From: Mustelus asterias
Taxonomy: Eukaryota
Length of the DNA stretch: 64,000 bases
Reading direction: 5' to 3'
Assembly: GCF_964213995.1 (NCBI RefSeq)
Contig: NW_027591794.1
Coordinates: 1-64,000, forward strand
Part shown: piece after piece, positions 57,285-64,000 of the stretch
Position numbering within the stretch: the first letter of the stretch is position 1
How the letters are laid out: each line of letters begins with the position of its first letter
Notes under the pieces: model-generated
The model's database searches: none
What the model was told of the DNA's origin: nothing
The model's input: the letters and a program-made list of their open reading frames with translations, nothing else
Position numbers and translations under genes: made by a program

Positions 57285-58832
57285 TTTGATTTGATTTATT
57301 GTCACATGTATTGGGATACAGTGAAAAGTATTGTTTCTTGCGCGATATACAGACAAAGCATACTGTTCATAGAGTACATAGGGGAGTAGGAAAGGAGAGA
57401 GTGCAGAATATAGTGTTACAGTTACAGAAAGGGTGAAGAGAAAGATCAGATTAATATGAGGTAGGTCCATTCAAAAGGAGGAGGCTTTGGAGAAGGTACA
57501 GAAAAGATTTACCAGGATGTTGCCTGGTATGGAGGGCACTAGTTATGAGGAGAGGTTGGAGAAACTTGGTTTGTTCTCACTGGAACGATGGAGGTTGAGG
57601 GGCGACCTGACAGAAGTCTACAAGATTATGAGGGGCGCAGAATCATAGAAACCCAACAGTGCAGAAAGAGGCCATTCGGCCCATCGAGTCTGCATCAACC
57701 ACAATCCCACCCAGGCCCTACCCCCACATCCCTACATATTTACCCATTAATCCCTCTAACCTACGCATCTTGGGACACTAAGGGGCAATTTTAGCACGGC
57801 CAATCAACCTAACCTGCACATCTTTGGACTGTGGGAGGAAACCCACGCAGACACGAGGAGAATGTGCAAACTCCACACAGACAGTAACCAAAGCCGGGAA
57901 TCGAACCCGGGTCCCTGGAGCTGTGAAGCAGTGGTGCTAACCACTATGCTACCATGCCGCATGGACAGAGTGGATATCAGAAAGTTTTTCCCAGGATGGA
58001 AGAGTCACTTACTAGGGGACACAAGTTTAATGTGTGAGGGGCAAGGTTTAATGGAGATGTATGAGGCAGGTTTTTTACACAGAGGGTGGTGGGTGCCTGG
58101 AACTTGCTGCCGGGGGAGATAGTGGAAGCAGATATGACAGTGACTTTTAAGGGGCATCTTGACAAATACATGAATAGGATGGGAATGGAGGGATATGGTT
58201 CCCGGAAGGGTAGGGGGTTTTAGTTCAGTTGGGCAGCATGGTCGGTGCAGGCTTGAAAGGTCGAAGGGCCTGTTCCTGTGCTGTAATTTTCTTTGTTCTT
58301 TGTTTGTAAAAGTCTGGTGGCAGCAGGGAAGAACCTGTTCTTGAGTCAGTTGGTGTGTGACCTCAGACTTTTGTATCTTTTTCCCGACGGAAGAAGAGAG
58401 AAAAGAGAATGTCCAGGATACGTGGGGTCCTTGATTATGCTGGCTGCTTTTCTGAGGCAATAGGAAATGTAGACAGTGTCAATGGATAAGAGGCTGATTT
58501 GCGTGATGGACTGGGCCACATTCGCACCCCTTGTAGCTTCTTGCGCTCTTGGTCAGAGCAGCAGCAATACCAAGCTGTGATATAGCTGGATGGGATGCTT
58601 TTTGTGGTGTCCCTGTAAAAATTGGTGAGAGTCGTAGCTGACATGTTGGCATGTCGAATTTCCTTAGCCTCCTGAGAAAGTCGAGGCGTTGGTGGGCTTT
58701 CTTAACTAAAGCAGCAGTTTCGAGGGACCAGGACAGGTTGTTGTGATCTGAACACCGAGAAACTTGAGCTCTCAACCATTTCCACTTTGTCACCGTTGAT
58801 GTAGACAGGGCGTGTCTTCCACTACATTGCCT
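57285..58832. mobile_element. Three-level nest: minus Rex1/Babar containing plus CR1 (57476-58302) containing minus HE1 (57637-57960)
   Basis: Rex1 LVKKAHQRLDFLRRLRKF and tail; CR1 reading resumes at atggacagagtg after the SINE. Confidence 0.85.
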
Positions 58833-59357
58833 GAAATTTTGTATATATTCCAGTGGTAGTTGGAAGAAGTCCATGCTGACTCTCTGTACATCAATCCACT
58901 CAGTCCCATTTCCCCTCCATAACTCTGTTCCCTTTTTAATTCCTTCACACCTATCTGATTTATTTTTCAAATCATTGATCATTTCTGATTCCACCATGCA
59001 CAGAAGCAGTGAGGTCAGGTCGTGACCACTCGTGAATAGAATTGGTCCTCACATCTCCTTTCTATTGCTGATCAATGATATGTTTAGTAATGTGGACATT
59101 GGGTAGCCGCCTGCATGAAGATTTTCAGGTCTCTTTGTACTGGACAGGAGCATGGGTCTGTCAATCAGCCTGAATCAGCACCTTCAGGAGAATTGGGAGG
59201 GTGTGTATGAGGTACAGCAGTATGACAATGGGGGGAGGGTGTGTGGGATGGAGATTTACAACTTTAGGGAATGAGAAAACAAAGAATATTCCATGGAAAC
59301 TAGAATGGTCTGTTTTGAATTTCAGTTCTATACTTACACTGATAACTTCTATAAACA

Positions 59358-60538
59358 GGATATTAGAAGGAGAGAATTTACAGACTGAAATCTCACACCA
59401 AACGTCACAACAAGATGTTACAAAGTCACTGGATTCATCAGGACCTGAATATAATTGCCATTTGAATGTATGAGAAGAAATGTTTGTTTGTTCTGTCTGT
59501 GGGAAAAGATTTCAAACATCAGTGTGACTGGACAAGAATGGAGACCCCACACACTTGAGTGAGAGTGTTCCAGTGAACTGACTGTGGAAAGAGCTTCAAC
59601 CAGTAACACAGCCTGAAAAACGTCACCCCATTCACAGCGAGGAGAAACTGTACACGTGTTCTGTACTTGGATGTGGAATCGACTGATTATCGAAAGGACA
59701 CTGGCACCATGGAGACACCATGGAAGTGTGGGGACTGTGGGAAGGGATTCCAGTGCCCATCTGCACTGGACACACTGGCGAATTCATACTGGGGAGAGGC
59801 CGTTCACCTGCTCCGTGTGTAGGAAGGGATTCAGTATATCAACCACCCTGCTGAGACACCAGCGAGTTCACTCTGGGGAGAGGCCGTTCACCTGCTCTGT
59901 GTGTGAGAAAGGATTCACTCAGTTATCCAGCCTGCTGACGCACCAGCGAGTTCACACCGGGGAGAGACCTTTCGCCTGCTCAGACTGTGGGAAAGGATTC
60001 AGTGATCGTTCCACCCTGTGGAGGCACCAGCGAGTTCACTCTGGGGAGAGGCCGTTCACCTGCTGTGTGTGTGGGAAGGGATTCAGTCATTCATCCACCC
60101 TGCAGACACACCGTGTCACCCACACGAATGAGAGACCGTTTAAATGCTCTGACTGTGGGCGTAGCTTCAAAAGCTCTCAGACTCTGATGGGCCACCAGCG
60201 CATTCACACTGAGGACAGACCGTTCAGCTGCTCTTACTGCGTGAAGAGATTTAGAACATCATCCCAACTGCTAATACACCAGCGAGTTCACACTGGGGAG
60301 TCACCCTGTGTGCGGGAAGGGTTTCAGTCATTCATCCACCCTGTTGGCACACCAGCGAGTTCACACTGGGGAGAGGCCATTCACCTGCTCTGTGTGCGGG
60401 AAGGGATTTACTCAGATCTCCAATCTGCTCACACACCAGCGAGTTCACACTGGGGAGAGGCCGTTCAGCTGCTCTGACTGTGGGAATAGATTTAAACGGT
60501 CGTCTCACCTGCTAAGACACCAGCGAATTCACAAGTGA
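59358..60538 (+). pseudogene. ZNF-G: frameshifted C2H2 gene (~10 fingers)
   Basis: ATG 59709 (METPWKC) is out of frame with downstream fingers (shift ~59772); second shift by deletion at ~60300; family stop and 3'UTR. Confidence 0.85.
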
Positions 60539-61842
60539 TTACAGGAGTTGGATTCTGCTGTTCTTGCTGCTGTTGATCACATCCAGGACTGAACCATGTT
60601 CATTCTGACAGTTGCTGAAGTGAGAGGGTCGGAGGGTTTCTTTCTGCTGGACTGACCAACCTCATGGCTTTGCTGCCAGTGGGTCGATGCTGTTTGAATT
60701 TGGGAGTGCACATTTTACTGTGATGATCCACAAACACGAGGTAAATCTAAAATAAATACATTTGTCTCTGTTCCAGTGAGTCTACAGCACAGGGCCAGGC
60801 CAGTCGGCTCAATTGGTCTGTGTCAATATTTATGCTCCACATGAGCCTCCACCCACCCCCCTCTTCATCTCCCCCCATCAGCATATCCTTCTATTCCTTT
60901 CTCCCTCATTTATGTATCTAGCTTCCCCTTCAATGTATTCATGCTGTTCACCTCAACCACTCACTGGTAGCAAGTTCCACATTCGCGTCATCTTCCTCAT
61001 CTCTGGAACCATTGTGGGGTAAATCTCCTCTCGATTCTCTCAAGGACCCTCACATCCTTCCTAAAGTGTGGTGACCAGAACTGGGCTCAGTATTCTGTTG
61101 TGGCCTCACCAGAGCTTTAGAAACTATCAGAATAAATTCCCTGCTTCTGTTCTCAATTCCCCGATTTCTGAAGTCCAAGATCCAAAATGCTCCAAACAAG
61201 AATATCAGACCTTTTTGCTTAACATAAAAAGCATTTTAACAACATTCTTAAAGTGGCTAAAGAAGATTTTGTCCAATGAAGGAACAGAAAGAAGCCATTT
61301 TGACCTTGCTCTCTCCAAAAGAGAATCCAGAATGTTTGAGTCTGGGAAGTGGAGTTAAAAATGAAGCTGCAGCTACAACAGAGCAAGAAGAAGACATTTC
61401 AATGTGGAATTGACTGGAATATTCTCTCTGGATTTAAACAATGGAGGAGCTACAAACATGGAAGAAAGTGAAGTTCAAAATGTGAACTCTGAACAGACTG
61501 TTTTCAGAATTGGAAATCCACAACTGAACAGCAATGAGGATTGTCCTCTTGCAGAAGAAACTATAATTAGTAAAAATTACTATAATTATTGAAAGAAGAA
61601 AACTTTCAGAAAACACTACAAGCAATAATATTTTCCATCTTCAGTGGAGTGAGATTCCTGGACATGGAACCCAGCAGTGTGCTGTTACCAAGCTGGACTT
61701 GTGAATGTGAAGTGGACAATGGAGGGATTATTATGTCTATTGCAGGTTATAAGATAGATCAACAGAGGAAAACAGTGGATTTAGGAACAGGAGTTGGCCA
61801 TTTGGCCCTTTGAGCCGGCTCCACAATTCGATTAGATCATGA

Positions 61843-63070
61843 CTGTTGTTAAGATATACAGTATGTTTTACATTGTAATATTCTAATTGGGATATTATAG
61901 AGTGATACATTTTCATTTCTTCCTGGGAATATGTTGTGAAGATCTAGTTTAATAATTCATGTGTTTCAGAAATATTAATTTTGGATTTTTAAAAAAATGT
62001 AACAACTGGAAAACCTGGTTTCAGAATCTGATAAAAACACCCTGAGGGAATTTGCAGTCACAAGGTGTGGCCCATATTGGTTTGAGAAGTCAAAGCTCGA
62101 AGGGTAAGAACAAGTGTAACACGGCAGCTGGGCTCTTTTAGCTGGAGACATTGGGTCTGACAACTGTTTTTCCTGTCTTTGTTCGAGAGGGGAATTCTTC
62201 ACGCAGACCTCAAGAAAAAAGGTTTGGTTCTGAAACTAAAAGTTAATTAATTTAAACATCTTTTGGACATCCCTCCTGGTCTGGTACCATGAGGATAAGT
62301 GATTCAGGATGGTGTGGGTTGGATTTCTTGATGTTTTTCACAGAAAGCAGGCAGTCTGCAGTTAGCTTGGGAGCTGTGGGACCGGGAGCTGTGAACCAGC
62401 TGTGGGAGCGGGAGCTGTGAACCAGCTGTGGGAGCAGGAGCTGTGAACCAGCTGTGGGAGCGGGAGCTGTGAACCAGCTGTGGGACCGGGAGCCGAGGAG
62501 GTCATTAGGAACCATGGGTGTTCCTATTGTATCAATCTCTCAGCAAGAAGGCAGTAAAGCCCATGCTTGGATTGAGAAGTCCATGTTTTGAGTCAATTTT
62601 GAAATCACAAAGGAAAGTTGGAGAGTTGTTTAGCCGAAAGCTAATAGAAGGATCCTCATGAAATCTTGGAGCCTGGAGAATAGCTGGAATACTGAGGAGA
62701 ATTAAAGTTAATTCTGGGAGCTTTGACATACCTTTGGGATTTGTCCCAGGAACAGAAGTGAATGTACATTCAAGATATTAAGTATAAGGGCATTCTTGTC
62801 CAGGAGTAAGGGTTAAAAAGTACAAAAAAGGAAAAATGCTGCAAAATCTCAGCAGGTCTGGCAGCATCTGTAGAGAGTGAAAACAGAGTTCATGTTTTGA
62901 GTCAGAACTGAGTTTACAGCATAAATCTTTACAAAATATGATTCATCGAGCTGGTTTTTAATATTCTGTTTATATTCAGTAAAGTTTGATTTTGTTTAAA
63001 AACCTGGAATCTTGTGATGGGTGTTTGGATTTCTCACTGAACGTTAATGTTCTCGACCCGAATTATAACA
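61843..63070 (+). mobile_element. Solo-LTR-like element
   Basis: Starts tgtt, ends ataaca; agtaaa signal ~62978; internal tandem repeat; no ORF. Confidence 0.45.
62368..62492. repeat. 26-bp tandem repeat, about 4.5 copies
   Basis: Unit ggagctgtgaaccagctgtgggagcg. Confidence 0.9.
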
Positions 63071-63129
63071 ACACACAATATTTCAAAACAATTTGAAAAA
63101 TAAAAACATGATGGTCTTTATTTTGTACA

Positions 63130-63845
63130 AAGTATTACACTATAAGACACCCCTCATCGAGGATCTACAATAATTTCTTAGCTCGAGCACCAGTGAAACA
63201 ATCAGACAATAAATGAATAAAAATTGTACTAATTGTCATCCCTTCTAAATCAGGAGGACTATCCCCAGCACAGAGGGTCATTTGGAATTTTTCCCACAGA
63301 CCAATTAACAGGGATTATACTCTCCAACCACCTGAAGTGAATTCTTTACATGAATCGTCCAGGCCGGTGCAGTTGTCAACTTGCAGTTTGGCTGATCAGC
63401 TGAGATTTCCTGCAGCATTTCATCGATCACCGTGTGATTCCTTTCACAGAGTCCATCACTGAAAGGACTTTCAGCTGCCGTGTTCCTGACCAGAATGTTC
63501 ATGTTTTCACACACGTCTCAAAACTCATCATTCAGAAACTGAGCTGGTGCCACAGCTCCAGCCCCAAGGGCCAAGGGAAGGTTCACTGTTGGGATGTGAT
63601 GGCATCCTCCAATAATTTTTATACATTGTACACTTTGCACTAGTCTCTTGTATGAGTCTCAGATACTCTTTATCAACTGCTCCTGCATCTTGAAGCAAGA
63701 CTTTTAATCTTTGGCAAAAAGTGTGAACAAATTGTCTGTGTAGTTTTAAGATAATTTGCATCTTTCCCTTTGATTTTTATCAAAGCTATCATTATTCCTT
63801 CTAAAACATTCAGATTGGAAACTTCATGTATTTTTAAACATTCTC
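63130..63845 (-). mobile_element. LTR-retrotransposon integrase relic (Copia/GalEa-like)
   Basis: LKLHRQFVH zinc-binding region and RNTAAESPFSDGLCERNHTVIDEML core motif. Confidence 0.6.
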
Positions 63846-64000
63846 TGTCACCACGTTATAATCCTGACCGTCTTATGGTGAAGGAGGAAACTGGTTCCAA
63901 TCTTTACTTGGTATAGATTTATTCACAGAGTGAAACATTACTGGTATATAACTCCTAATACCATTCCATGCTCTGTCAGTAAGTGTCTATATGTGCTCAT

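Overview
Eukaryotic, repeat-rich DNA, almost certainly from a shark (HE1-type V-SINEs, CR1/HER1-like LINEs, shark-type Penelope fragments). The window is part of a birth-and-death cluster of KRAB-less tandem C2H2 zinc-finger (ZNF) genes. It holds seven ZNF coding exons (one fully open 24-finger gene, one open 8-finger gene, three arrays shortened by premature stops, two pseudogenes) plus truncated remnants, many arranged head-to-head around CpG-island promoters with NRF1, CCAAT and GC boxes. Between them are nested CR1, Rex1/Babar, L2, Tx1, Penelope (with minimal hammerhead-like motifs), Gypsy, Copia-like and solo-LTR pieces, and a tRNA-Gly-derived pseudogene. The most unusual signals are: (1) an array of five GAA/AGUA (loop-E/sarcin-ricin-like) hairpins in the 3' region of a probable Tx1-like element ending about 115 nt upstream of the tRNA; (2) a uORF made from decayed zinc fingers and retained in the leader of all six 'MEKPW-type' paralogues; (3) near-identical inverted first-exon arms around bidirectional promoters; (4) a 41-nt antisense copy of one finger just downstream of its own gene. 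Everything was read by eye; repeat boundaries are approximate and family names are pattern recognition, not database hits.
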